From: Enterobacterales bacterium endosymbiont of Anomoneura mori
GTDB taxonomy: Bacteria > Pseudomonadota > Gammaproteobacteria > Enterobacterales > Enterobacteriaceae_A
DNA length: 32,000 nucleotides
Assembly: GCF_047159375.1 (NCBI RefSeq)
Contig: NZ_AP031381.1
Location: 161,632 to 193,631, forward strand
Direction: 5' to 3'
In this document: piece after piece, positions 8,754 through 20,861 of the stretch
How the letters are laid out: each line of letters starts with the position of its first letter
Numbering within the stretch: the first letter of the stretch is position 1
Made by a program: the position numbers and the translations under genes
The notes under the pieces: model-generated
Seen by the model: the letters and a program-made list of their open reading frames with translations, nothing else
Told to the model about the DNA's origin: nothing
Database searches by the model: none

Positions 8754-9374
8754 ATGTATAATAAAAATAATTTAGAAATTTTTAATAAAACATCATCATT
8801 AATTCCAATAGTTACAGAAACATCAAATAATAGTATTAGTTCATATGATATTTTTTCACGTTTATTAAAAGATCGTATAATTTTTTTAACTGGTATTATA
8901 GATGATTGTGTTGCTAATTTAATTACAGCACAATTATTATATCTTGAATCAAAAAATCCATATAAAGATATTTATATGTATATAAATTCACCAGGTGGTA
9001 TAATAACTTCAGGTATGTCAATATATGATTCTATGCAATTTGTAAAACCAGATATAAATACAATATGTTTAGGTCAAGCATATTCAATGGGATCATTCTT
9101 ATTAATGTCAGGAAAAAAAAAAAAACGTTTTTGTTTACCTAATTCTTCTATTATGATACATCAGCCATTAGGAGGATATCAAGGACAAGTTAGTGATATA
9201 GAAATACATACAAAAGAAATATTAAAAATTAAAAAAAAAATGAATAAATTAATTTCATTTCATACTGGTCAATCAATAGAGAAAATTAATTTAGATACAG
9301 ATCGTGATTATTTTATGAATTCAGAAGAAGCATTAAAATATGGAATAATAGATAATATTTTTACACATCGTTAA
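8754..9374 (+). CDS. clpP: ATP-dependent Clp protease proteolytic subunit
   Basis: The protein is colinear with E. coli ClpP. Catalytic-triad contexts are conserved: [11 protein letters not shown] (Ser), MIHQPLGG (His) and DTDRD (Asp). Confidence 0.95.
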   Translation: MYNKNNLEIFNKTSSLIPIVTETSNNSISSYDIFSRLLKDRIIFLTGIIDDCVANLITAQLLYLESKNPYKDIYMYINSPGGIITSGMSIYDSMQFVKPDINTICLGQAYSMGSFLLMSGKKKKRFCLPNSSIMIHQPLGGYQGQVSDIEIHTKEILKIKKKMNKLISFHTGQSIEKINLDTDRDYFMNSEEALKYGIIDNIFTHR

Positions 9375-9416
9375 TTATAAATAATTTAATTTTTTTTAAA
9401 ATTTATTAGAGGTTAA

Positions 9417-10664
9417 ATGATTAAAAATTATAAAAAAAAAAATAAATATATATGTTCTTTTTGTAATGATAATAAAATAAAATTAAATTTATTAATTTGT
9501 GGTCCATATGTTTATATATGTAATAATTGTATTAATATTTGTAATGAAATTATATTTAAAGAATTTAATGAATATTATAAATTTAAAAATATTTTTTATA
9601 ATATACCAATACCAAGTCAAATTAGTTCTTATTTAAATGACTATATAATAGATCAAAATAAAGCTAAAAAAATTTTATCTGTTGCTGTTTATAATCATTA
9701 TAAAAGATTAAAAAATAATTCTGATCAAAAATTTTTAGAATTAAAAAAAAGTAATATTTTAATAATAGGTCCTACTGGAAGTGGTAAAACATTATTTGCT
9801 GAAACATTAGCAAATTATCTTTATGTACCATTTGCAATAGCAGATGCTACAACATTAACTGAAGCTGGTTATGTTGGTGAAGATGTTGAGAATATATTAC
9901 AAAAACTTTTAAATAATTGTAATTATGATATTGAAGCTGCTCAACACGGAATAGTTTATATAGATGAAATTGATAAAATAGCTAAAAAATCTAATAATCC
10001 TTCAATTACTAGAGATGTTTCAGGAGAAGGAGTTCAACAATCACTTTTAAAAATTATTGAAGGTACAATTTCTTTAGTACCACCTTTAGGTGGTAGAAAA
10101 CATCCTCAACAAGAATTTATTCAGATTGATACATCTAAAATATTATTTATATGTGGAGGATCTTTTTCAGGATTAAAACAAATTATATTACAACGTATTA
10201 ATAAAAATACTGGAATTGGTTTTAATGCTAATATAAAAAAAAATATAAAAAAAATTAAAAAAAAAACATTTTTTTCAAAAATTATTCCAGAAGATTTAAT
10301 ACAATTTGGTTTAATTCCAGAATTTGTTGGAAGATTACCAATTATAGCAACACTTAATGATTTAAATGAAAAAGCTTTATTAAAAATTTTAAAAGAACCA
10401 AAAAATTCAATAATTAAACAATATCAAATTTTATTTTATATGGAAAATTTAAATTTAATATTTACTGATTGTGCTTTAATATGTATTTCAAAAAAAGCTA
10501 TTAATAATAAAACTGGAGCAAGAGGTTTAAGAAATATTATAGAAGAAATACTTTTAGATGTTATGTATAAATTACCTTCTTTAAAACATAAAAATATTTC
10601 AATTATTATAAATAAACAAGTTGTTTTAAAAAATAAAAAACCAAAATTAATTTATAAATATTAA
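9417..10664 (+). CDS. clpX: ATP-dependent Clp protease ATP-binding subunit ClpX
   Basis: An N-terminal C4 zinc-binding domain is present (CSFC...CNNC). Other motifs are Walker A GPTGSGKT, Walker [10 protein letters not shown], the GYVGEDVEN pore loop and the GARGLR sensor. It lies immediately downstream of clpP, as in E. coli. Confidence 0.95.
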   Translation: MIKNYKKKNKYICSFCNDNKIKLNLLICGPYVYICNNCINICNEIIFKEFNEYYKFKNIFYNIPIPSQISSYLNDYIIDQNKAKKILSVAVYNHYKRLKNNSDQKFLELKKSNILIIGPTGSGKTLFAETLANYLYVPFAIADATTLTEAGYVGEDVENILQKLLNNCNYDIEAAQHGIVYIDEIDKIAKKSNNPSITRDVSGEGVQQSLLKIIEGTISLVPPLGGRKHPQQEFIQIDTSKILFICGGSFSGLKQIILQRINKNTGIGFNANIKKNIKKIKKKTFFSKIIPEDLIQFGLIPEFVGRLPIIATLNDLNEKALLKILKEPKNSIIKQYQILFYMENLNLIFTDCALICISKKAINNKTGARGLRNIIEEILLDVMYKLPSLKHKNISIIINKQVVLKNKKPKLIYKY

Positions 10665-10756
10665 AATTTTAATTTTAAAAAAATATTAATTAAAATTATT
10701 AAAATTTAATAATAAATAAAAATTAATTAATTTATTTAAAATATTATGAGGATAAA

Positions 10757-12205
10757 TTGTTTAAAAAATTTAGAAAAACTAAAATAATTGCAACTTTAGG
10801 ACCTACTACAGATAAAAATGATAATTTAAAAAAAATAATATACGCTGGAGTTAATGTTGTAAGACTTAATTTTTCACATGGGTCTTTAAAAGAACATGAA
10901 AATCGTTCTAAAAAAGTAAGATTTTTATCAAAAGAAATATTAAAATATGTGGCTATTTTAGGAGATTTGCAAGGACCTAAAATTAGAATTTCTTCTTTTG
11001 AAAATGGTTATATAAAATTAAATTATGGTGATAATTTTGTTTTAGATTATAATTTATCTAAATTTAAAGGTAATAAATTTGAAGTTGGTTATGAATATAA
11101 AAATTTAATAAATGATATTATACCTGGAAATATTTTATTATTAGATGATGGTAAAATTCAAATTAAAGTATTAAAAATAAAAAAAAATAAAATTTTTACA
11201 AAAGTGATTCTTGGAGGTATATTATCAGATAATAAAGGTATTAATAAATTAGGTGGAGGTTTATCTGCTAAAAGTTTAACTAAAAAAGATAAAAAAGATA
11301 TTATTTTTGCAGCTAAAATAGGAATTGATTATTTAGCTATTTCTTTTCCAAAAAGTAGTTCAGATTTAAAAGAAGCTAGATTTTTAATTAATGAAGCAGG
11401 ATGTAAAGCTAAAATTATTTCTAAAATTGAAAGAGCAGAAACAGTATATAATGATGATATTTTAGATGATATTATATTAGCATCTGATGCTGTTATGGTT
11501 GCACGAGGTGATTTAGGTGTAGAAATTGGAGATCACGAATTGATTGGAGCACAAAAAAAAATAATAAATCGTGCTAGGTTTTTAAATAGAGCAGTAATTA
11601 CTGCAACTCAAATGATGAATTCAATGATTAATAATCCTATACCAACACGTGCTGAAGTTATGGATGTAGCAAATGCTGTTTTAGATGGAACTGATGCTGT
11701 AATGTTATCAGCTGAAACAGCAACAGGAAAATATCCAATTGAAACTGTTAATATTATGTCTAATATTTGTTTAGGTGCAGAAAAAATTCCAAATTTTAAT
11801 AATTATAAAAAATTTTTAAATATACAATTTAATTGTATATCAGATGCAATAGCTATTTCATCAGTATATATCGCAAATCATTTAAAAGGTGTAAATGCAA
11901 TTATAACTATGACTGAATCTGGTAGAACTCCTTTTATGATGTCTCGTATGTTATCAGATATACCTATTTTTGCTGTTTCTTGTAATATTAATACATTATA
12001 TTTATCTTCTTTATATAGAGGTGTTACCCCTATATATTATAAAAATATAATTAATAATAATTGTATAATTGCTATAAAAAATGTAATAAAATATTTATGT
12101 AAAATTAAAATATTATCTGTTGGTAATTTAATTGTTGTAACTAATGGAGATGTTATGGGTACTTCTGGTAAAACTAATACAAGTAGAATATTATATGTTA
12201 AATAA
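10757..12205 (+). CDS. pykA: Pyruvate kinase II (AMP-activated type)
   Basis: The protein is colinear with E. coli PykA: [46 protein letters not shown] and VMLSAETA. The apparent start is TTG at 10757, preceded by GAGGA at 10748-10752. Confidence 0.92.
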   Translation: MFKKFRKTKIIATLGPTTDKNDNLKKIIYAGVNVVRLNFSHGSLKEHENRSKKVRFLSKEILKYVAILGDLQGPKIRISSFENGYIKLNYGDNFVLDYNLSKFKGNKFEVGYEYKNLINDIIPGNILLLDDGKIQIKVLKIKKNKIFTKVILGGILSDNKGINKLGGGLSAKSLTKKDKKDIIFAAKIGIDYLAISFPKSSSDLKEARFLINEAGCKAKIISKIERAETVYNDDILDDIILASDAVMVARGDLGVEIGDHELIGAQKKIINRARFLNRAVITATQMMNSMINNPIPTRAEVMDVANAVLDGTDAVMLSAETATGKYPIETVNIMSNICLGAEKIPNFNNYKKFLNIQFNCISDAIAISSVYIANHLKGVNAIITMTESGRTPFMMSRMLSDIPIFAVSCNINTLYLSSLYRGVTPIYYKNIINNNCIIAIKNVIKYLCKIKILSVGNLIVVTNGDVMGTSGKTNTSRILYVK

Positions 12206-12305
12206 TATTAATTTATATTAACAATAATATATTTTTTAAAATATTTTATTTTAAAAATTTTTTTTAAAATTAATAAATAATTAATAATATAATTTATTTT
12301 TAAAA

Positions 12306-13838
12306 ATGATAAAATCTTTTAATAATTTTTTTAAAAAAGTTTTAAAAAAATTAGAAATTAAATCAAATTTATTATATAAAGGATATATAAAATCTATTAA
12401 TAAAGAATTTGTTACAATAGATGCAGGATTTAAATCTGAATCTTTAATTCCAATAGAAGAATTTAAAAATAAAAAAGGAAAAATAGAAAATAAACCTGGT
12501 GATATAATTAATGTTATTTTAGAAAATTTTGATAATGGTTATGGTGAAACAATATTATCTCGTGAAAAAGCTAAAAATAATGAAAAATGGTTATTTTTAA
12601 AAAATATACTTAAAAATTCTATAAGCATGTTTGGATATATACAAAGTAAAACGAAAGGTGGATATTCTATTAATTTAAATAATATTAAAGCTTTTTTACC
12701 AAGTTCATTAATTGATATAAGACCTTTAAGAGATATAAAACATCTAGAAAATAGAAAATTAGAATTTAAAGTAATTAAAATTGATAAAATAAGAAACAAT
12801 ATTGTTGTTTCAAGAAAAGCTGCTATTATTTTTAGAAAAAATATTTTAAAAAAAAAACAATTAAAAATAATTAAAAAAGGTATAAATGTTAAAGGTATTA
12901 TTAAAAATATAACTGATTATGGAGCTTTTATAAATGTTGGTGGATTAGATGGTTTATTGCATATAACTGATATGTCATGGAAAAGAATTAATCATCCAAG
13001 TGATATTGTAAATATTGGTGATGAAGTTATTTTAAAAGTTATAAAATTTGATAGTTTAAATAAGCGTATATCTTTAGGTTTAAAACAAAGATTTAAAGAT
13101 CCTTGGAAAAATATTTTAAAAAAATATCCTAAAGGTTCAATAATAGAAGGTAAAATAAGTAATTTAACTAATTATGGTTGTTTTGTAAAAATTGAAGAAG
13201 GTATTGAAGGTTTATTACATATTTCTGAAATAAAAATTAAAAAAAAAAAAAAAATTTTAAATAAATTATTTAAAATTAATAAAAAAATTAAAGTTTTTAT
13301 TTTAAATATTGATAAAAAAAAAAGAAGAATTTCATTAGGTATGAAACAATTTAAAAATAATCCTTGGAAAAATTTTTTTATTGAAAATAAAAAAGGTGAT
13401 AATATTAATGGTATTATTAAATCTGTAACTGATTTTGGTATATTTATAAATTTAAAAAATAATATTAATGGTTTAATACATTTTTCTGATATTTCTTGGA
13501 ATTTTAATAATAAAAAAATATTAAAAAAATTCATTAATGGTAAAAAAATTAAAGTTATTATTTTACACATTGATTATAAACATAAACATATATCTTTAGG
13601 TATTAAACAACTTAAAAATAATTTATTTAATATCTTTTTATCTATATATAAAAAAAATAATTTTATAATTGGGAAAATGGTTTCAAAAAATAAAAATTTT
13701 ATAAAAATTAATTTAGGAAATAATTTAATAGGATATTTAAATATTTTAAAATTTAAAAATATTATATTTAATAAAAATTATTTAATTAAAATATATTTTT
13801 TAAAAATTAATAATAAAAATATTATTTTATCATTATAA
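12306..13838 (+). CDS. rpsA: 30S ribosomal protein S1
   Basis: Repeated S1/OB domains carry the recurring signatures TDYGAFINVGGLDGLLHITD, TNYGCFVKIEEGIEGLLHISE, TDFGIFINL..NINGLIHFSD and ISLG.KQ. It is 510 aa, against about 557 aa in E. coli. Confidence 0.92.
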   Translation: MIKSFNNFFKKVLKKLEIKSNLLYKGYIKSINKEFVTIDAGFKSESLIPIEEFKNKKGKIENKPGDIINVILENFDNGYGETILSREKAKNNEKWLFLKNILKNSISMFGYIQSKTKGGYSINLNNIKAFLPSSLIDIRPLRDIKHLENRKLEFKVIKIDKIRNNIVVSRKAAIIFRKNILKKKQLKIIKKGINVKGIIKNITDYGAFINVGGLDGLLHITDMSWKRINHPSDIVNIGDEVILKVIKFDSLNKRISLGLKQRFKDPWKNILKKYPKGSIIEGKISNLTNYGCFVKIEEGIEGLLHISEIKIKKKKKILNKLFKINKKIKVFILNIDKKKRRISLGMKQFKNNPWKNFFIENKKGDNINGIIKSVTDFGIFINLKNNINGLIHFSDISWNFNNKKILKKFINGKKIKVIILHIDYKHKHISLGIKQLKNNLFNIFLSIYKKNNFIIGKMVSKNKNFIKINLGNNLIGYLNILKFKNIIFNKNYLIKIYFLKINNKNIILSL

Positions 13839-13876
13839 TAATAAAAAAATATTTTTAAATTATAATAATATTAAAT

Positions 13877-14287
13877 ATGATAATTTCTTTTGATTTTGGT
13901 ATTAAAAAAATTGGAATTTCAATTAGTCAAAAAGTAACAAAAACAATATCTTTATTAAAATCTTTAAAAATAAAAAATAAAAAAATTAATTGGAATGAAA
14001 TTAAATATTTAATAATTAAATGGAATCCTAATTTTATTATTATTGGAATAACTATTAATAACAATAAAAAAAATCGATTATTAAATTTTTTAATATTAAA
14101 ATTTGCTATATTAATATATAAAAAATTTAATATTAAAATTTATTTTCATAACGAACATTTAAGCACAATAGAAGCAAAATCTATATTTTATATTTATAAA
14201 AAAAAATATAAAATTAAAAATATATGTATAGATTCTATTTCATCAAAATTAATTTTAAAAAGTTGGTTAAAAGATAATAAAATATAA
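13877..14287 (+). CDS. ruvX: Putative pre-16S rRNA nuclease / Holliday-junction resolvase-like protein YqgF
   Basis: The N-terminal SFDFGIKKIGISIS corresponds to AFDFGTKSIGVAV in E. coli. WNP.FIIIG, NEHLSTIEAK and IDS.SS..ILKSW are also colinear with E. coli YqgF. The protein is highly diverged. Confidence 0.8.
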   Translation: MIISFDFGIKKIGISISQKVTKTISLLKSLKIKNKKINWNEIKYLIIKWNPNFIIIGITINNNKKNRLLNFLILKFAILIYKKFNIKIYFHNEHLSTIEAKSIFYIYKKKYKIKNICIDSISSKLILKSWLKDNKI

Positions 14288-14312
14288 TTTTATTTATAAA
14301 ATATTTAAAATT

Positions 14313-15485
14313 TTATTTTTTCATAATATTAAAAAATTCTTTATTTGTTTTTGTCATACTTAATCTTTTTAAAAGAAATTCAATTGCTTCAACTTCATTC
14401 ATCATATATATAATTTTCCTTAAAATCCACATTTTTTTTAATTCTTCAATTGTTATTAATAATTCTTCTTTACGTGTACCAGATTTATTATAATTAATAG
14501 CAGGAAATATACGTTTTTCTGAAATTCTTCTTGATAAATGTATTTCCATATTTCCTGTACCTTTAAATTCTTCATAAATTACTTCATCCATTTTTGATCC
14601 AGTATCAATTAAAGCAGTTGCAATAATTGTTAAACTTCCTCCTTCTTTAACATTTCTAGCTGTTCCAAAAAATTTTTTAGGTTTATGTAATGCTTTTGAA
14701 TCTATACCACCAGATAAAATTCTGCCAGATATTGGCGCTGTAGAATTATATGCTCTTGCTAAACGAGTTATCGAATCTAATAATATTATAACATCATTTT
14801 TTTGTTCAACTAAACGTTTAGCTTTTTCTAAAACCATTTCTGAAACATAAATATGTCTTGAAGGTGGTTCATCAAAAGTTGATGAAATTATTTCACCTTT
14901 TATTAATTTTAACATTTCAGTAACTTCTTCTGGACGTTCATCTATTAATAAAACTATTAAAAAACAATCAGGATGATTATAAACAATACTTTTTGCAATA
15001 TTTTGTAATAACATTGTTTTACCAGCTTTTGGAGGCGCAACAATTAATCCTCTTTGTCCTTTTCCAATTGGAGTAATTAAATCTAAAACTCTAGAAGTTA
15101 AATCATTTATTAATTCATTTTTACGTTCCATTTTAAATTTTTTAGTAGTATGTAATGGGGTTAAATTTTTAAAATAAATTTTTTTTTTAACAATTTCAGG
15201 TTTTTCTTCATTAATTCTAATTATTTTAAATAATTCAGGATATATTCCTTTTTTAATATTAAAACGAATTTTTCCAAAAATTGTGTCACCTGTATGAAGA
15301 TTAAAAAATTTAATATGATTTTTGGAAATATATATATCTTCATTACTAGATATATAAGATGTATTTGAAGATCTTAAAAATCCATAACCTTTTTTAAATA
15401 TTTCTAAAACTCCATGTCTATAAATATTTTTAATGCATTTAAAATAATTTCTAAATATAGGTAAAAATTTTCTTTTTTTAAACAT
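14313..15485 (-). CDS. rho: Transcription termination factor Rho
   Basis: Diagnostic motifs are GVLEI...GYGFLRS (RNA-binding OB), APPKAGKT (Walker A), [52 protein letters not shown] and the TKTN..FF..MK C-terminus. It is 390 aa against 419 aa in E. coli, and the missing residues are at the N-terminus. Confidence 0.93.
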   Translation of the reverse strand: MFKKRKFLPIFRNYFKCIKNIYRHGVLEIFKKGYGFLRSSNTSYISSNEDIYISKNHIKFFNLHTGDTIFGKIRFNIKKGIYPELFKIIRINEEKPEIVKKKIYFKNLTPLHTTKKFKMERKNELINDLTSRVLDLITPIGKGQRGLIVAPPKAGKTMLLQNIAKSIVYNHPDCFLIVLLIDERPEEVTEMLKLIKGEIISSTFDEPPSRHIYVSEMVLEKAKRLVEQKNDVIILLDSITRLARAYNSTAPISGRILSGGIDSKALHKPKKFFGTARNVKEGGSLTIIATALIDTGSKMDEVIYEEFKGTGNMEIHLSRRISEKRIFPAINYNKSGTRKEELLITIEELKKMWILRKIIYMMNEVEAIEFLLKRLSMTKTNKEFFNIMKK

Positions 15486-15596
15486 TAAAATTCCATATTT
15501 TTTAAAATAACAATAAAAATTAAAAACAGTTTTAAATATTAATTAAATTAAAATTTTTTAATTTTTAAAATTTTTGAATATTAATTAAAAATAATT

Positions 15597-15920
15597 TTAT
15601 AAATTTTTATATATAAATTTTTTTATTTCTTCTTTAGAAACACTTCCTATTATTTTACCTATAATAATATTTTTTTTAAATAATATTAAAGTTGGAATAC
15701 TTCTAATATCATATTTTTGTAAAAATTCTGGATTTTTTTCAATATCAATTTTAACAATGGAAATTTTATTTAAAAATTCTTCATTTAATTCATTTAAATT
15801 ATTTGAAACTATTTTACATGGTCCACACCATTCTGCCCAAAAATCTACTAAAACAGGTATTTTAGATTTTATAACATTAATTTCAAAATCATTACTATTT
15901 ACATTAATTATATTATTCAT
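15597..15920 (-). CDS. trxA: Thioredoxin 1
   Basis: The WAEWCGPCK active site is present. The protein is 107 aa and colinear with E. coli TrxA. It lies upstream of rho on the same strand, as in E. coli. Confidence 0.93.
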   Translation of the reverse strand: MNNIINVNSNDFEINVIKSKIPVLVDFWAEWCGPCKIVSNNLNELNEEFLNKISIVKIDIEKNPEFLQKYDIRSIPTLILFKKNIIIGKIIGSVSKEEIKKFIYKNL

Positions 15921-15980
15921 TTTTTTCTTATAAAATTAATATTATTATTTTTTTAAAAATAATATTTAAATATTTTAAAA

Positions 15981-16979
<999 letters not shown>

Positions 16980-17044
16980 TTACCTTTTTATTATAAATTT
17001 ATATTAAAAAATATAAATATATTTATAACTTTTAAAATAATTAG

Positions 17045-17072
17045 ATTTTAATAAAAAAACTAATTTTGTCAA
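17045..17072 (-). promoter_or_regulatory. Candidate sigma70 promoter for gapA
   Basis: The minus strand reads TTGACA (17072-17067), then a 16-nt spacer, then TAAAAT (17050-17045). This lies about 70 nt upstream of the gapA ATG. The consensus -35 hexamer stands out in an otherwise pure A/T spacer. Confidence 0.35.
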
Positions 17073-17082
17073 TTATTTATTT

Positions 17083-18813
17083 TTAAAATTTATATAATTT
17101 ATTTAAATTATTAGATAATTTACTAGGAGCTTTAGTCATTAAACAATTAGCAGATGTTGTTTTAGGAAAAGCAATTACATCTCTTATATTTTTTTTATTT
17201 GTTAATAACATTACTAATCTATCTAAACCTAAAGCAATTCCTGCATGTGGTGGTGTTCCATATTTTAAAGCTTCTAAAAAAAAATCATAATTATTTTTAT
17301 TATATTTTTCAATATTTAAAATTTTAAAAACAATTTCTTGAATTTTTACATTGTTAATTCTTACTGATCCTCCACCAATTTCATAACCATTTAATATTAT
17401 ATCATAAGAATTAGAAAAAATAGATATTGGATTTTTAATCAAATTTTTAATATTATTAATATATGGATTAGTAAAAGGATGATGTATTGAAGTTATATTA
17501 TCTTTATCTTTTTTAAATAATGGAAAATTTATTAAACATATAATAGACCATTTTTTTAAATTAATTAAATTTAATTCTTTACATATTTTCGTACGTAAAT
17601 ATCCCATATTTTTAAATATTTTATTATTATCATCATTCCCAATTAATATCATATCTCCATTTTTTGGATTAATACGCTTTAATATTAATTTTAATATTTT
17701 ATTATTTAAATATTTTAAAAAATTTCCTTGTACGCCATTTATTTTTTTAGATATATTAAAAACTTTAATCCATAGTAATTTTTTATTTATGTATTTATTA
17801 TATTCATTAATTTTATTAATATTAATATTTATTCCGTTAGGTATACATATTCCTATAATATTATTATTTTTTTCGCAAAATTCTTTAGATAATAAATTTA
17901 ATAAATTAGTTTTTAAAAATATATCTTTTAATTCAATTAATTCTATTGGATTACGTAAATCAGGTTTATCAGTACCATAACGTCTTAAAGCCTCAGAATA
18001 AGTAATAATATTAAATTTTCCAATATCAATTTTTTTAATTTTTTTAAATAAAATACATATCATTTTTTCTATTATTTTTATTATTTTTTTTGATTTTATA
18101 AAAGAAGTTTCAATATCAATTTGAGTGAATTCAGGTTGACGATCTGATCTTAAATCTTCATCTCTAAAACATTTTACTATTTGATAATATTTATCAAAAC
18201 CAGATATCATAAGTAATTGTTTAAAAATTTGTGGAGATTGAGGTAATGCATAAAATTTACCTTTATTTACTCTACTTGGAACTATATAATCACGTGCGCC
18301 TTCTGGTGTAGATTTTGTTAATATTGGGGTTTCAATTTCAATAAATTTATTTTTATTTAAAAAATTACGAATATAATTACATATTTTTGCTCTTTTTTTA
18401 AAACATTTTATCATTTCTAAACGACGTAAATCAAGATAACGATATTTTAAATTAATATTTTCTAAATTTTTTTTTTTTAAATTTAATGGTAATTTTTTTG
18501 AAATATTAATTATATTTAATATTTTGCATAAAACTTCAATTTTTCCTGTTTTAATATTTTTATTTATTTGATTTTTGTTTTTTATTTTTACTATACCTTT
18601 AATTTGAATACAAAATTCATCACGTAATTTTAAGGCTTTATTAAAAGTATCTTTATTATTATAATTAAAAATAATTTGTACAATTCCTTCACAATCTCTC
18701 ATATCTACAAAAATTAATTTTTTAAAAATTCTAATTTTATCAACCCAACCACATAATATTACATTTTTATTAACATGTGATAAATTTAATTTTCCACAAT
18801 ATTCAGTACGCAT
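17083..18813 (-). CDS. aspS: Aspartyl-tRNA synthetase (class IIb)
   Basis: There is an N-terminal OB anticodon-binding domain. Motif 2 is [18 protein letters not shown] and motif 3 is [12 protein letters not shown]. It is 576 aa. Confidence 0.95.
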   Translation of the reverse strand: MRTEYCGKLNLSHVNKNVILCGWVDKIRIFKKLIFVDMRDCEGIVQIIFNYNNKDTFNKALKLRDEFCIQIKGIVKIKNKNQINKNIKTGKIEVLCKILNIINISKKLPLNLKKKNLENINLKYRYLDLRRLEMIKCFKKRAKICNYIRNFLNKNKFIEIETPILTKSTPEGARDYIVPSRVNKGKFYALPQSPQIFKQLLMISGFDKYYQIVKCFRDEDLRSDRQPEFTQIDIETSFIKSKKIIKIIEKMICILFKKIKKIDIGKFNIITYSEALRRYGTDKPDLRNPIELIELKDIFLKTNLLNLLSKEFCEKNNNIIGICIPNGINININKINEYNKYINKKLLWIKVFNISKKINGVQGNFLKYLNNKILKLILKRINPKNGDMILIGNDDNNKIFKNMGYLRTKICKELNLINLKKWSIICLINFPLFKKDKDNITSIHHPFTNPYINNIKNLIKNPISIFSNSYDIILNGYEIGGGSVRINNVKIQEIVFKILNIEKYNKNNYDFFLEALKYGTPPHAGIALGLDRLVMLLTNKKNIRDVIAFPKTTSANCLMTKAPSKLSNNLNKLYKF

Positions 18814-18902
18814 ATATTCCTTATTTTAATACTTTTAAAAATATAAAATAATTTAAATAAAATATAAAAATTAAAATTTAATATTTTTATAGGAAATAAA
18901 AA

Positions 18903-20354
18903 ATGTTTAATATCTTAAATTTTATATTTTTAATTTTTTTATTTTTTTTTATTATAATTAATGAATATATTATAATTAAATATTATTATAATACATATTC
19001 TTTTTTATTAATTTTTATTTATATTTTACCATTTTTAAATATTATTTTTTTTTTTTTAATTATTAAATTATCTTTTAAAAAAAAAATAAATAAAAAAATA
19101 ATTTTTATTAAATCTTTTATAAATTATTTAATAAATAAAATTAAAATAAAACAAAAAAAAATATATAATAAAAAATATAAATTTGCAAAACCATTATTTA
19201 AATTATTAAATAAAAAAAAGGGAATAAATGAAATAAATATTTTTTTAAAAAAGAAAGAATTTAAAATATTTTCAAATACTAAAAAAATATTTAAAAAAAT
19301 AATTTATGATATTAAATTAGCCAAAAAAAAAATTGAAATAATTTTTTATATTTGGAAACAAGGAGGAATAGTAAATAAAATTATAGAAGCATTAATTAAT
19401 GCTTCTAAACGTGGTGTATGTTGTCGTATTATATTGGATTCAATTGGTTGTTATAATTTTTTATATAGTAATTATTTTAAAAAAATGTGTAATGCTGGAA
19501 TTAAAATAGTTAAAGCTTTTAAAATTAATATATTTAATTTATTTTTAAGACGTTTAGATATTAGACAACATAAAAAATTAATATTAATTGATAATAATAT
19601 AGTTTATACAGGTAGTATGAATATGGTTGATAATAATTGTTTAAAAAATAAAATTTTTAAATATATTGATATAATGATAAGATTTAAAGGTAAAATTTCA
19701 AATATAATGAATATTATTTATGCTTTTGATTGGGAAATGGAAACTGGTAAAAAAATTTTATTTAATGAAAAATATAAAAAAAAAAAATTTTTTTATAATA
19801 AAAAAAATCAAAATTTTCATATTGTTTCATCTATATATAATTTATCAAATAAATTAATATATAAAGTATTTTTAACTTCAATATATTCAGCAAAAAAAAA
19901 AATAATTATTACTTCTCCATATTTTATTCCAACTAACGAATTAATAGAAGCTATATGTAAAGTTTCATTAAAAGGAATAAATGTAATTTTAATTTTACCA
20001 AAATATAATGATTGTTTTATGTTATCATGGGCTAATAAATATTTTTTTTCAAAACTTTTAAATTCTGGAGTTAAAATTTATAAATTTAAAAAAGGTTTAT
20101 TACATACTAAAAGTATTTTAATAGATGAAAAAGTAAGTATAATTGGAACAGTAAATTTTGATATAAGAAGTTTTTATTTAAATTCAGAAATTTTATTAAT
20201 TATTGAAGATAAAAAATTTAGTAATATTATTAATCAAATACATAAACAATATATTAAAAAATCAAAAATTTTAAATTTAAAAAAATGGAATAAAAGATCA
20301 AATTTTAAAAAATTTTTTGAATTTTTTTTTTTTTTATTTAGTCCTATATTATAA
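18903..20354 (+). CDS. clsA: Cardiolipin synthase A (PLD superfamily)
   Basis: The N-terminus has hydrophobic segments. Two HKD motifs are present (RQHKKLILIDN and LLHTKSILIDE). The protein is colinear with E. coli ClsA, including AKPLFKLL, YIWKQGG, YTGSMNMVD and the terminal FSPIL. Confidence 0.88.
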   Translation: MFNILNFIFLIFLFFFIIINEYIIIKYYYNTYSFLLIFIYILPFLNIIFFFLIIKLSFKKKINKKIIFIKSFINYLINKIKIKQKKIYNKKYKFAKPLFKLLNKKKGINEINIFLKKKEFKIFSNTKKIFKKIIYDIKLAKKKIEIIFYIWKQGGIVNKIIEALINASKRGVCCRIILDSIGCYNFLYSNYFKKMCNAGIKIVKAFKINIFNLFLRRLDIRQHKKLILIDNNIVYTGSMNMVDNNCLKNKIFKYIDIMIRFKGKISNIMNIIYAFDWEMETGKKILFNEKYKKKKFFYNKKNQNFHIVSSIYNLSNKLIYKVFLTSIYSAKKKIIITSPYFIPTNELIEAICKVSLKGINVILILPKYNDCFMLSWANKYFFSKLLNSGVKIYKFKKGLLHTKSILIDEKVSIIGTVNFDIRSFYLNSEILLIIEDKKFSNIINQIHKQYIKKSKILNLKKWNKRSNFKKFFEFFFFLFSPIL

Positions 20355-20453
20355 ATTTAATATTATTTTAAAATATTTTTATATTTATATTATATTATAA
20401 AAATATTAATATTTATTTTTTATAATATTATTTAAATATTATAAATTTTAAAA

Positions 20454-20846
20454 TTAACGTTTTGAAAATTGTGGTTTTTTTCTAGATTTTTTAAATCCTG
20501 GTTTTTTTCTTTCTACTTTACGTGAATCTCTAGTAATATATCCTTCAATTTTTAAAATATAACGAAAATTTTTATTATATTTTAGTAACGCTCTACCTAA
20601 ACCATGTTTTATAGCATTTATTTGCCCAGAAATTCCACCACCTTTAACTGTAATATATAAATTTATTATGTTAATTAATTTAAATAAAATTAATGGTTTA
20701 AAAATTATTTCTTGAATATTTTTATTAGTAAAATATTTTTTATAATTAATTTTATTTATAATAATTTTTCCATTTCCAAAATTCATAAAAACTCGTGCAG
20801 TAGAACTTTTACGTCTGCCTGTTCCATAATATTGATTATAATTCAT
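20454..20846 (-). CDS. rpsI: 30S ribosomal protein S9
   Basis: Diagnostic segments are YGTGRRKSSTARVF, GGGISGQ..AIKHGLGRAL and the C-terminal ...PQFSKR. It is 130 aa and lies 15 nt downstream of rplM with an AAGGA RBS. Confidence 0.95.
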   Translation of the reverse strand: MNYNQYYGTGRRKSSTARVFMNFGNGKIIINKINYKKYFTNKNIQEIIFKPLILFKLINIINLYITVKGGGISGQINAIKHGLGRALLKYNKNFRYILKIEGYITRDSRKVERKKPGFKKSRKKPQFSKR

Positions 20847-20861
20847 TTTTTCCTTATAATT

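Noticed and set aside
12539-13570. Antisense ORFs inside rpsA (12539-12799, 86 aa; 13172-13570, 132 aa).
   Set aside because: Both lie wholly within the well-supported rpsA CDS on the opposite strand. Their translations are F/L/I-rich low complexity, which is simply the complement of K/N/E-rich sense codons. There is no RBS and no recognisable family.
15486-15596. A possible rhoL-like leader peptide or attenuator between trxA and rho.
   Set aside because: No convincing short ORF with an RBS is present, and no G/C-containing stem-loop. The region is featureless A/T.
18903-20354. A PLD-superfamily protein with two HKD motifs could be a nuclease or toxin of a defence system.
   Set aside because: It is colinear along its whole length with E. 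coli cardiolipin synthase ClsA, including the N-terminal membrane segments and the terminal FSPLL-like motif. It is flanked by housekeeping genes.
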